IMG/VR virus record: IMGVR_UViG_3300046047_000262
DNA from: a virus
Strand: one strand, 5' to 3'
DNA length: 64,000 nucleotides
Shown here: positions 28,357 to 39,100 of the stretch, one piece after another
Position numbering within the stretch: the stretch's first letter is position 1
Layout of the letters: each line of letters begins with the position of its first letter
Made by a program: the position numbers and the translations under genes
The notes under the pieces: generated by a model
The model's database searches: none
What the model saw: the letters and a program-made list of their open reading frames with translations, nothing else
Told to the model about the DNA's origin: nothing

Positions 28357-29514
28357 CTAATCCACTGGTTCCCCATCCTTCCTGTTATCGGAAAGAGACA
28401 ATGGAAGGCACATGATGTACACCGAGTCATCAATGGTACCATCGGCTTTCAACTGCTTCCAAATGATAGCCTGAGTACGCCCCGAACCGATGAAGAACAC
28501 TTGAACGGAATCCTCATTGATCGCTGATAGCGTCTCTTTAATGACTTCATATGAGAACGCGAAACGATAATCACCAGTAAACGTTGCTGACGTGATATCC
28601 AAAGAGGAATGAACGATATCACCCTTATTATAGACATCCAAGGAATCAGGCCTAATATGGAGGTATACATCATTGCTGATCTCGGCAAGCACTGCGGCGG
28701 TATCCACCAATGAGATCAACTGTTTCACTGGTACGATGAATGATTGTTCATCATCCCTGTTCGATTGAAGCAAGGCATCATAATTAATCGTCACATCAAC
28801 GACCTTATTAACCGTCGCGGTAGCCCCATTATAGAAGCTGAACAACACACTGGAATTCGACTCGGAAAGATCAACAGTACCAGAATCCTTCAGTGAGTTC
28901 AGTTTCCTGACATCATCACCAGTAATCAGGAATCTGCGATCCTTCTTCTCCTTGTCAGACGAGTACTGAATACGGCGAGTCGAGAACGCGAACCTATCAG
29001 TGGCCATGATGGTGATGCCGTCATCGGTATCCACGGTGAAATCAAGTGAAGCAAGATTTGGCCTGCTTGACTTAGGATCAGTGATAGGGGAAAGGTACTT
29101 GGCGGCATCAAAGAGATCCTGGGATGAAACCGTACCGATAGGCTCGAACTTCTTCGCTGTCTTACGCACGTTGACCGCACCTGACAACACTGGAATCTTC
29201 ACTTTGATACCAGCATGGAACACCATATTGGCACCATCAGGTTCAACAACGACCTCCTCGCCCATGAACCTGTCCACGGCTTTTTTCAGGACTTCCGCTG
29301 ATAGTTCGTATGGTGCCACATCACTGGCATCGGAAAGATCGCCTGAGAGATCGAACGTTCGTTCGCCGTTCATGGAGATGGCTGAGAACACCGTGTTACC
29401 AGTATCCTTGTTCACATCCATACGGATCGTTGAGTTGATGTTCTTCGCATCAACTACATCCAGTACCCATTTCACCGCCTGAGTGAATCCATCTAATGGG
29501 AATGTTATCTTCAT
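28357..29514 (-). CDS. dnaN: DNA polymerase III beta sliding clamp
   Basis: 385 aa three-domain pattern, MATDRFAF motif, YIMCLP near C-terminus. Confidence 0.8.
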   Translation of the reverse strand: MKITFPLDGFTQAVKWVLDVVDAKNINSTIRMDVNKDTGNTVFSAISMNGERTFDLSGDLSDASDVAPYELSAEVLKKAVDRFMGEEVVVEPDGANMVFHAGIKVKIPVLSGAVNVRKTAKKFEPIGTVSSQDLFDAAKYLSPITDPKSSRPNLASLDFTVDTDDGITIMATDRFAFSTRRIQYSSDKEKKDRRFLITGDDVRKLNSLKDSGTVDLSESNSSVLFSFYNGATATVNKVVDVTINYDALLQSNRDDEQSFIVPVKQLISLVDTAAVLAEISNDVYLHIRPDSLDVYNKGDIVHSSLDITSATFTGDYRFAFSYEVIKETLSAINEDSVQVFFIGSGRTQAIIWKQLKADGTIDDSVYIMCLPLSLSDNRKDGEPVD

Positions 29515-29564
29515 ATTATCGTATTTGCCTTTCTTATGTTATATGATGTTACTATGATTGTTCT

Positions 29565-29948
29565 TTAGAATGGAATCTCTTCAGGATCGAAATTATCATC
29601 GTCAGATGATTTTACTACAGGATCAGGTACAACTGGTTCCACTACCTTAGCTGATGCGGTTTTCTTGGATTTCTGCGGCTTGGACTTAGGAGTTTCTTTT
29701 GGTTCCTCAGTCTTTTGCTCAGGGTCTTCGTCCTTGGATTCTGGTTCAACGATTGCATCAGTATCATTGATAGTCACAGCAGATGACGTACCATTACCAG
29801 CAAGTTCAGCTCTGTTCTTACGAAGGATATCAAGTTCTTTTGAACGCTTATCAATCTCGCCATCCAGATCGGAAAGGATGTGCTGTAACTGATTCTCGAA
29901 TTCCTTCTTTTTCTTAAGAAAATCTGATGATTGGGATATGATGTCCAT
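29565..29948 (-). CDS. Small coiled-coil protein ending in SSB-tail-like DDDNFDPEEIPF
   Basis: AAGGAG RBS before MDIISQ; coiled coil, charged linker, acidic-IPF terminus. Confidence 0.7.
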   Translation of the reverse strand: MDIISQSSDFLKKKKEFENQLQHILSDLDGEIDKRSKELDILRKNRAELAGNGTSSAVTINDTDAIVEPESKDEDPEQKTEEPKETPKSKPQKSKKTASAKVVEPVVPDPVVKSSDDDNFDPEEIPF

Positions 29949-30004
29949 GATAGGCTCCTTATGTTCGTTACTATGTATTACCAATACTATTGTACCGCTA
30001 TTTT

Positions 30005-32293
30005 CTATTCCGTTACTGTTAGCTCAATGGTCTTTTTAGATCCAACCACCAGTGACGTACCAGCAGTAACTGACTGCTTACTAACAATTCCCGTAGGGTA
30101 CGAGGAATTGTTCTTCGCTGTATCAGCTGATACCTTGGTTTTCAATACCTTACCAGTCAATCCTAATGAATCCAATGTCTTCAATGCGGTATCAGGTGTC
30201 ATACCTGTGAGACTTGGCACCTGTACCATGTTCTTCGATTGGGTGTTCGTTCTGATGAATGTAGAATCCTGATTATCCATATCAAGTGGATTATCGGGAG
30301 TACCTCCTAATGCTGAGACGATGAAGTCCCTGGTACTGTGGAGAACCGCATGGCTACCATTAGGGGTCGTCCATATTCCCCTCCAAGTAATGGAATTCAA
30401 TGGGTACTGGAAATTACCCCTGGGATCATAAGCATCGGAGAACACGACGAATTGGGCAACAGTTTGCACCCAAGCGGAATTCGCATTGTTATCAGTGGTT
30501 CCTGACTTGCCTACCGTGGTTCTACCACTGATGGCCGCATCCTCACCGAACCTACCGCTGATATCACCGTTCACGTTCGCATTCTGAGCTTTGAGAACAA
30601 TGGAAGCGGATTTAGGTGACATTACTGACCGACAAGACGCAGCTGACGCATCATAATCATCAGGCGGTTCTATTGCAGTACCGTTTATCATCTTCATCGA
30701 ACTTATCGGCGTCGCAGGGCAATACACTCCTTTATTAGCGAAAGTTGCATATGCGGCAGCCATGTTGATCGGGGTATTATTCGTAGTACCTAAAGTATAT
30801 GATATGGATGCCGCAGTGATGTTATCAGGTGTTGACAGACCTACCTTACCACTGAATTCCTTGACTTTAAGCACGCCGACACGTGATTCCAATTCTGAGA
30901 ACCATGTATTCGATGAGTATGCGGTAGCTTGCAGATAGCTTAATTGGCCACCCTGTAATCTACATGACGCCGAATTCTTGACACCTCCAATAGGAACCTC
31001 GAATCCAGCTTTGCTCCATGGGCATGCTGAGCTTACCGTGGTCATGAGCTGTTGTTCCGACCATCCTGCATTCAGTGCGGCGGCGAGAGTCATCATCTTA
31101 TACGTGGAACCTGTTTGAGTGGGGGAATTAGCCAAGACTAATTGTGTCTCGCCTTTACTGGTATCCGTTCCCCATGTCCTATTCGCACCTATGGCTAGAA
31201 CCGCACCAGTACCAGGTTCGACTACCGCTGAAGCTTGTATAGTCCTATTAGTTACTCCCCAATCCGATATGAGCTGAGTATTGAGCTTATCGGTCATATC
31301 AGGATTGAGATTCGTGTGAATGGATAGCCCACCGGACGCTACTTTAGCCGCACGCTCCTCAGCAGTGCTGCCAAGTTCCTTATCATTAAGCAGCCAATTG
31401 ACCACATACTGGCAATAGAATGGATATGCACTGGAACCACAGCCGCCTGCGGTTTGCTGAATACTGGTCTTTAAAGGTTCCTTTACAGCAGCATCGTGCT
31501 CCTGTTTGCTGATAGTTCCGTCTTCCAGCATTCTATCAAGCACGTACTTCTGTCTTGTTTTTACCCTATTCATAGTAGCAGTGTCATCAAGATTCAGCAT
31601 ATTGTACAATGATGGGTTGTTGATCGAACCTGCAAGAGCGGCGGCTTCTCCGATGGTGAGATCCTTGGCCTGTTTATTGAATATAGTCTCCGCGGCCGTC
31701 TCCACGCCGTAGGTATTCGGGGATCCGATTGCAACAGTGTTCAGGTATGTAAGCAGAATCTCATCCTTGGAATGAGACTTCTCATAATTCATCGCCAGTT
31801 TGAGTTCTTTGATCTTTCGACCGATAGTGACTTTGGTGGCGGATGCCTTTTCGGATGAGGTCGAGGTGGAGTTATAGTATATAAGGTTCTTCATGAGCTG
31901 CTGGGTTATTCCCGAACCTCCACCTGAACTGCGTAGAACACTTCTTAACGTAGCGACAACATCAATTGCCCCATGGGTATAGAATCCTTTATCCTCGGCA
32001 GATATGACTCCATTGCGTACATATGGTGATATATCCTTGAGCTCTGATACTTCCTTCCTGTTCTCCGTCCAGGTTTCAGCGAATTGCTTACCGTTCTTAT
32101 CATACATCACCGTATGCTGATTGATTTGTACTGTTGGTAGTGTTGCTGGTGCATTATTCCAGAATTCTACTATGGGTCCGGCAGAATTCAATACTCCTGA
32201 AGCGAACATAGCAAGTACGAATACGACTAATGCGACGCTACCTGTAAGGAATGCAGCGAATAGCATGATACCATTACGGATTCTTTTACTCAT
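30005..32293 (-). CDS. Class A penicillin-binding protein (transglycosylase-transpeptidase) with C-terminal PASTA
   Basis: EDKGFYTHGAID, GITQQLMKN, RKIKE; SxxK (STYK), SxN (SSN), KSG; VPSLTGMT PASTA. Confidence 0.92.
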   Translation of the reverse strand: MSKRIRNGIMLFAAFLTGSVALVVFVLAMFASGVLNSAGPIVEFWNNAPATLPTVQINQHTVMYDKNGKQFAETWTENRKEVSELKDISPYVRNGVISAEDKGFYTHGAIDVVATLRSVLRSSGGGSGITQQLMKNLIYYNSTSTSSEKASATKVTIGRKIKELKLAMNYEKSHSKDEILLTYLNTVAIGSPNTYGVETAAETIFNKQAKDLTIGEAAALAGSINNPSLYNMLNLDDTATMNRVKTRQKYVLDRMLEDGTISKQEHDAAVKEPLKTSIQQTAGGCGSSAYPFYCQYVVNWLLNDKELGSTAEERAAKVASGGLSIHTNLNPDMTDKLNTQLISDWGVTNRTIQASAVVEPGTGAVLAIGANRTWGTDTSKGETQLVLANSPTQTGSTYKMMTLAAALNAGWSEQQLMTTVSSACPWSKAGFEVPIGGVKNSASCRLQGGQLSYLQATAYSSNTWFSELESRVGVLKVKEFSGKVGLSTPDNITAASISYTLGTTNNTPINMAAAYATFANKGVYCPATPISSMKMINGTAIEPPDDYDASAASCRSVMSPKSASIVLKAQNANVNGDISGRFGEDAAISGRTTVGKSGTTDNNANSAWVQTVAQFVVFSDAYDPRGNFQYPLNSITWRGIWTTPNGSHAVLHSTRDFIVSALGGTPDNPLDMDNQDSTFIRTNTQSKNMVQVPSLTGMTPDTALKTLDSLGLTGKVLKTKVSADTAKNNSSYPTGIVSKQSVTAGTSLVVGSKKTIELTVTE

Positions 32294-32299
32294 ACTCTT

Positions 32300-32308
32300 A
32301 TGATACCA
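32300..32308 (-). promoter_or_regulatory. Class A extended -10 (TGGTATCAT), leaderless PBP
   Basis: Exactly 6 nt before ATG at 32293. Confidence 0.7.
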
Positions 32309-32378
32309 GTATTGGTTATTATTTTTAGAATACGAAAATATCCATTATTAGGCTTGTAACATGCTATTATGAGCAGTC

Positions 32379-32464
32379 ACCCATAAACGGCGTTTTTATC
32401 ATGAACGATAATCAATTATGTACAGAACCATTGTATATACTATCATTCCGTACATAGTCAATTA
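32379..32464. repeat. 86-bp dispersed intergenic repeat, copy 2 (19-18-19 inverted repeat at 32409-32464)
   Basis: Aligns with 865-950; arms taatcaattatgtacagaa / ttccgtacatagtcaatta. Confidence 0.8.
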
Positions 32465-32477
32465 TTAGTCGGGTATA

Positions 32478-33614
32478 TCACAGATCAAGATCGTCAATAT
32501 TGAGTTCATCTGATGAATCTCCGTACGAATCAGTATCATCATCGAAAGCATCCAACGAGAATTCTATATCGGTACCTGTCTTATCATCCTTTTTCTTCTT
32601 GATATCGGTTTCTTTTTTGTTATCAGTTCCCCCATCAGCGGTATCAGTATCGGGCTCATTGGGAACTTTACTGGTATCATCATGAACAGTTGCAGGTTCA
32701 TGATCGTCTTCGTCATCAAAATCAAAAGACATATCATCAACCGTATCAGGAACCTCTAGATCAATGTCTAATCCTGGTAGCTCAGTATCATTATCCGCGG
32801 CGGCGATATCCTGTATCGTAGGCTTTTGTTTACCTGTATCATTACCAACAGGAATCCTTGCAACAGGTTCATCGAGAATGTCATCATCCTCTGACGGTTC
32901 GATACTATTGATTTCCTCCATATCGATATCATCATCATCAAGTGCTGCCTGATGCATAAGAGCTCGTTTCAACTGTGCCCTCAGCTTCTTGTTCTCTAAT
33001 TGTAATACCGCTGATTGGTTCTGGATCTCTTCATACTTGGTTTCATCGGTAGGGGAAATAGCATCAGTGTTTTTCTTAATACGATTAAGCTCATCTTGAA
33101 GTTTAGCAATACGGATCTGAGCATCTACTAAGTCTTGTTCGGCTGTTGATGGTTGACCTGTCAGTACTGATACACCTTCGGCCAATTCGTTACTGACTTT
33201 CAGATTATGCAGATCGGTAGACGTCTTGTCGACCTGTGCCGCAAGCTTGACTATTTCCTTATTGCGAAGCTGTAGGATCTTCACATACCATTTCAAACTG
33301 TTGTACATAGTACCAATGACAGTATCAACCTGTTTCTGCGAGTAACCGACAGGTTCAGTCAAAGTGAGATCGATGTCGTTCATATCTCCGGGCAATAGTA
33401 CGTCATCAGGTACAGGATAGTTCTCCTTAATATCATACAAGTCCAGAATATCGGTCCGGGGGTTAAGTCCCTCGTCGCTCATGACTTCATCATAATCATC
33501 ATCAGGATGCTGTTCATCTGTTTTATTAGCATGACGTACCTGCGGCTCCTCCGATTTCTTCTTGAGAAATGGAAGGATACCGCTCAGCTTACCTATCAAT
33601 CCAGATTTTTTCAT
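32478..33614 (-). CDS. DivIVA-like coiled-coil protein with acidic tail
   Basis: LLPGDMNDIDLTLTEPVGYSQKQVD resembles the DivIVA N-domain; long coiled coil follows; GGAGG RBS. Confidence 0.6.
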   Translation of the reverse strand: MKKSGLIGKLSGILPFLKKKSEEPQVRHANKTDEQHPDDDYDEVMSDEGLNPRTDILDLYDIKENYPVPDDVLLPGDMNDIDLTLTEPVGYSQKQVDTVIGTMYNSLKWYVKILQLRNKEIVKLAAQVDKTSTDLHNLKVSNELAEGVSVLTGQPSTAEQDLVDAQIRIAKLQDELNRIKKNTDAISPTDETKYEEIQNQSAVLQLENKKLRAQLKRALMHQAALDDDDIDMEEINSIEPSEDDDILDEPVARIPVGNDTGKQKPTIQDIAAADNDTELPGLDIDLEVPDTVDDMSFDFDDEDDHEPATVHDDTSKVPNEPDTDTADGGTDNKKETDIKKKKDDKTGTDIEFSLDAFDDDTDSYGDSSDELNIDDLDL

Positions 33615-33666
33615 AGAACCTCCGATTCACAAGAATGAATATCATGATTACCGCGATTCAAAAGAA

Positions 33667-36144
33667 TCATTCATCAGGCCCATCATATTCATCAGGATGC
33701 AACATAAGTTCCTGGTAATGTTCATTACAATACGTTCTACCGCGATATATCTGTACATCAGCAGCTCGGATTATAGCACCATCATACTCGCAGGTGAATG
33801 ACATCGTATTATGGAATTTCTCAGGTTTGCCTTGTTCTCTTAACCTTTGGTTAACATAATCCTGCTGAGCATTTTTGGCTATCTGCATTCGCCTTCCTAA
33901 CTTAGTGGAATACATCGCGTTATTAGCCTGGTTGGAACCTGCAATCTTAGCACCTTTAGCCATTCCAGAGAATACCTTCCTAGCACCTGTGCCCTCACCG
34001 AGACCCTTGCTGGCACCTAGGACGGCACCACCTGCAGTGGCACCGACGAACTTACCTGCAGTCCTTGTACCCGATTTCAGATTATTACTTAACCTGCCCA
34101 TCGTTCCAGATAATGGACCAGCCCACGAAACCTTAGCAAACTTGTCAACAATAAAGTTCCTGTTCTTGACCAGAACATATGATACCAATACCATCATCAC
34201 TACGGATTGGAAGTAATTTCCTATATTGGTTATCCCCTTCATTATGGTCAAAGCTAACACTAGCATGATCATATACAACGTACCCAATACTATACGTCTG
34301 ATCACGGCTTGAACGATAAGACCGAACCAACCTTTAAGAACATCCTGACCTTTACCCGCCCACATACCGAACATTAACGCTAACGGAGCGAATGCCATGA
34401 TGAATACTGATGCCAATGCCGACACAGCCACAATGACACCCATGATAATAGGTGCTGCCATACCGACGATGGCTACAAGTACCCCCATCGCAGCTATCAC
34501 TGTCCTGTAGGATGTATTACCACCTACCCAATCAGCCCAGTAATCCGTTGTCTTCTCCGCATCAGTGGTCTTATTGCCTTTACTATCCACATCATAATTC
34601 GATAACGCATCAACAACACGATACCAATCACCATTAGTCTCACCGATCATTTTGTTCTTTGATGCGTACTGATCAATGGTCATATATTTTGTAGTAGGCT
34701 TATCGATCTTTCCATCATCCGCACTCGCCATCGTACTTGATATGTGGCTTTTATTCTGAGTACTTAACTGGTATATAAGCCAATTATACGACACCTGATT
34801 ATTACCCAATGGGACAGCGGCACTACCAGGATACTTATTACTATTACCAAGTTCCTTTGTTCCTGCAGGTGCATGACCTTTAGCGTACAGGTTGACATAC
34901 GAAGTACCGTACTGACCTAACGAGTAAGGAGTCAAGGCGAATATCTTCCAATACTGACACGTTACTGTTCTCGATGTGGCATCACCAGCATCGCTAATAG
35001 CCTTAGTCAAGCCATCCTCATTGAACTTACCATTGGATATCAATGGTGTCGAAACAGAGGAGAACCCACCTGTTGATGTTGCTGTAGAACAAAAATCATC
35101 ACCTGATACTTGTACAGTATTATTCAGACCTTGAAGAACCAAGTATTGGCCAAGCAGACCTATGTCGTTAGGCAATGCCACAAAGAACGCAGGATACGCC
35201 ATGACGACAAGACCACCTATCATACATGCCAAGGATTTAACCAATGATACGAACGCCTGTCGTACCGCATGCTTGATGATACCCTCACGAATCATATATA
35301 TGGCCGTGAACGCCATCATCAATACCATTAATGGCATGAACAACCCCTTGAAGAGATTACTCATGATATTCTGGATCGGTTTCGTAAGACCCATACTATC
35401 CACAACGTTGGACAATGAGAACGAAATCAATGCATTATTAACGGCGACAATGGATTTCGTAACCCAGAACACCATGTTCGCAATGTTCACATTGAAGTTA
35501 TTGAAGTAACTGTTCGTGGAACGCATCTTCACCCTAGGATCCTGTGACGAATCCTTGGAAGCCCAGGTATCAAGAGGACGCGACCTGTTCTCGTAATACA
35601 GATTGACTTTCTGATCCTCAGGTGCCTTGTCCTCACCAGTTCCCATGTTATCAGAAGTACAATAATATACTTTGATCCAGTTCCACTCACCTTGATAGGT
35701 TGTGAAATTCATACCTGAGAACCCATAGAGATCATATGGAGTGTATTTTTTGTTCGTGGTGTTGCCACTGTTCACTATGTCAAGATTGGCCCCAGTGAAG
35801 TCCTTCAAGGTCATTAATGAAGGGAAATTAGAATCAGGTGTATCAGCATCAGCACCAACGTTCGATTTGGAGAACCAGTTATACTGTAGGTCCTCGGTCT
35901 GCGTGATCTGGTAGATGCTTTTTATTACTGGTATCTGATTACTATCAGGATCCTCCCATGAACATAACAGGTACTGTACCAGATCGGCGGCATGTGATTT
36001 CTCTGATAATGCCGCCGCACTCGCAGTGAACAATGAGACCATTATGGTCAACAACGCAATGACCAGAGCACATGCTTTACGTAGCGTACGTCTACCTGTT
36101 ATGGCAGGTTCGCAATACTCTGATACGTACATTGCCGAACTCAT
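33667..36144 (-). CDS. Large VirB6/TrbL-like membrane protein, paralogue 1
   Basis: Multiple TM clusters; shares C..W..F...P.S.GQ.GT and IYQL motifs with the other two paralogues. Confidence 0.65.
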   Translation of the reverse strand: MSSAMYVSEYCEPAITGRRTLRKACALVIALLTIMVSLFTASAAALSEKSHAADLVQYLLCSWEDPDSNQIPVIKSIYQITQTEDLQYNWFSKSNVGADADTPDSNFPSLMTLKDFTGANLDIVNSGNTTNKKYTPYDLYGFSGMNFTTYQGEWNWIKVYYCTSDNMGTGEDKAPEDQKVNLYYENRSRPLDTWASKDSSQDPRVKMRSTNSYFNNFNVNIANMVFWVTKSIVAVNNALISFSLSNVVDSMGLTKPIQNIMSNLFKGLFMPLMVLMMAFTAIYMIREGIIKHAVRQAFVSLVKSLACMIGGLVVMAYPAFFVALPNDIGLLGQYLVLQGLNNTVQVSGDDFCSTATSTGGFSSVSTPLISNGKFNEDGLTKAISDAGDATSRTVTCQYWKIFALTPYSLGQYGTSYVNLYAKGHAPAGTKELGNSNKYPGSAAVPLGNNQVSYNWLIYQLSTQNKSHISSTMASADDGKIDKPTTKYMTIDQYASKNKMIGETNGDWYRVVDALSNYDVDSKGNKTTDAEKTTDYWADWVGGNTSYRTVIAAMGVLVAIVGMAAPIIMGVIVAVSALASVFIMAFAPLALMFGMWAGKGQDVLKGWFGLIVQAVIRRIVLGTLYMIMLVLALTIMKGITNIGNYFQSVVMMVLVSYVLVKNRNFIVDKFAKVSWAGPLSGTMGRLSNNLKSGTRTAGKFVGATAGGAVLGASKGLGEGTGARKVFSGMAKGAKIAGSNQANNAMYSTKLGRRMQIAKNAQQDYVNQRLREQGKPEKFHNTMSFTCEYDGAIIRAADVQIYRGRTYCNEHYQELMLHPDEYDGPDE

Positions 36145-39100
36145 TGCTTATCATCCCCTCGTCTGAATTCCCGCTTAGCTTTACGTGCCTGATGACCACG
36201 ACCGAAAGCGTCTCTGATTCGTTTTGCCCCTTCAACAGGATTAGGAATCTCGTTCGCTACTCTTGCATTATGCCCAATATCGGTCTTTCTGAATCTTACG
36301 GTATCAGCTTTGTCCTTAAGATCCTTCATACGATCAGATTGATCGTCTGTCAATCTCATGGTCTCGTCATCAGGATCGTTCTCATCACCGATTCTCGCAT
36401 TAAGAATCTTCTGCCTGTCGAACGCCTTCTTGATATCCGAATACTCGGTCTTATCCTTATGGGCATTAACGAAATCTCGATACGTGTTGATGTCGTTCAA
36501 CGTGTCATCAATATTGAGCATAGAATCAGCAAGGTCATTCTCCTTATTCACTAATCGTTCATAAGCCGCATCAGACATGGTATCATCCTTGCTGGCATCA
36601 ATATCCGCAAGATTCTTATTATGCTGAGTGACCCAATCGTCCTCCATCTTCTTATACTCATTGAGCTTGTTCTTTACTTTTGCATATTTAGCATCGGCAT
36701 TATCCAGAACAATCTTTTTGGCTTTCTTATCCTTGATTCCATCGGCAACACTATACTCAGCTCTCTTGGTTTCATAAGCATCTTTCAGCATATTCTTACC
36801 TTCCTTGGAATCGGCAAGATTCTTGGCCTTGGTATAGGAACTTCCATATATCTGTTCAAGATTCCGCTTTTTGTCGTTCTCTAGTGAATCCTTGAGATCA
36901 GACATCGCGATACCGTCTTTAAGCATTTCAACTTGATTATCATCAAGATCAGATTGCTCAATGACTTTATTCAACGCATACCTAGCTATGGATCGCTCAT
37001 GAGCTGTAGCATGCTCATCAAGACCTGGAATAATATCTCTGAAATCGGCGTCCTGCGATGAATGTACAGCTTGGGCAAGTAATGCATGATCACCAAATCC
37101 CGACAAAAGATCATCATTGATACGAAGGGACTCCTTAGAGTCATCTACAGATACCATTAACTGATCCTTAGCCATCGCTATCTGTCTACGTTCCTCAGCA
37201 TTGATTACATTGATGGTCTCAATACTCGTTGATATCCTACCCTCACGTAATCTTTGGAACTTTTTCCTGCTCTTGTTCGCACCTACGCGTTGGCTGATCT
37301 CAGATGACAAACTGGGTTCATTAATCATGATCATATCATGGAGCTTCTTCTGTTCCTTGGTCATGGAATCAGGATCGTTCCAAGCATCAACCAAAGCCTT
37401 ACGCTTCTTGAATGAGTCAAAACTCAAACGATTAAGTGAACTATAATAATCATCAGATTCGCGTTTCTTTGCTTGTAAAGTCTTGATCTGAGCGGCGATC
37501 GCATCACGTTTCTGAGGAGTGTCCGCTTCATTATAAGCTTTATACAACTTGGCACTTCTCTTATTAAAGTTCTTGACCGATTCTTCCCCGCCTTCCTCGA
37601 TAGCTCGACCGAGCTTGGCGGAATTCCTGTTAGGATTCCTCAGACTTCCGGTCATAGCATATCCAAGACCTGCGCCAATGGTACCTATAGTCGTCGCATG
37701 TAGGGTATCCATTGCCGACGTTACAACAGGATTGCTCCTCATATACGCTGAAGCCTCTTGCTCGAAATTACCGAACGATCCCGTCTTCTCGCCGATCTTC
37801 ATAGTGATGAGATCCGTCAGTTCCCTACCATAGAATATAATGATCATACAGATCACACAGACACCCAGTATGGCTACTCCGAACGATGAGGTAGATGATA
37901 CAGCTGATAACAGTATCTCAATGCCAACTGACAGCAATAGTACCGTGAATATTCGCTTAATCGCCAATGAAAGTATCTCAAAAGCATAATTCTTAAGTTT
38001 CATACGACCTGATCCTGGCAGTATGCCTATCAGCATCATGAATGGAAGGAATACCAGTAGTAACGAACCCAATATGGAGAACTCTATCTTCTTCAATGCC
38101 AGACCTCCGATGGCCACCAGTCCAAAACCCGATGCTATCAATGATAGCAAACTGACCATCGTCCGAGAAGATACACTGCCAACCCAGTCACTGAAATGCG
38201 ATGTATCACGACCAGCAGCGTTATCAGGTCCCGCTTGCGCGTCAACAATCCTATACAGGTTCTTATCAAGAACATCCGCATAAGCACTATTATCCTCAGT
38301 GGTGGACGTACCCGAGAGTTGATGTGCCAACTGGTATATTCCCCAATTGTTGACATTATCGCCACCACCAAGGTTTACACCAGCATCACCGACGATCTTA
38401 GCCACGTCAGCTGATACCTTCAATGTACCAGCATTATCAAGACCTTGCGATTCCTTGCCATTAGCATAAAGCTGATTGATGGAAGTACCGAATTGACCAT
38501 AGGACCAAGGATTCAATACGAATACCTCCCAGAGATCGCATTGCATGGTCCTTATCTCACCATCAGGATTGAATCCTGTGGATTTACCGAACAGATCGAC
38601 AATATCCGATGCTGATGAAGTATTCTTAGCGGATCCTGTAGCGGTGCATATCTTATCTGTACCATTTCCTGAGAATACTGCCGCCATGGTAGATCGTTCA
38701 ATGGCTGATGGTACATCGTCAACAAGCGTGAACATCAGATCGGGCATGTACAAGACGATGACACCCAGTGCGACGGTCAACACGGTCATACCGATCTCCT
38801 GGAAACTCGCGGTCCATTGCATCTTCAGGAATTTCACTATGATACTCAGCATGGCGAACGCAAGGAAGATCATCATCAGATTCATGTAGATGGTCTCACG
38901 GAATGATATGATGATCGTTGTAGCCAATGATCTGAACCCGATTTCTTTCAGTATAGGTTCAAAACTCCATGATACCAATTCATTCATGATCATGGATATC
39001 CATTGGGATATACCCAGAATCTTGGATGATAACCAATCGATCTTACTACCGACAATTCCATAGAATATATCAAGACCACGCCAAGCCGTACGACGAGTGT

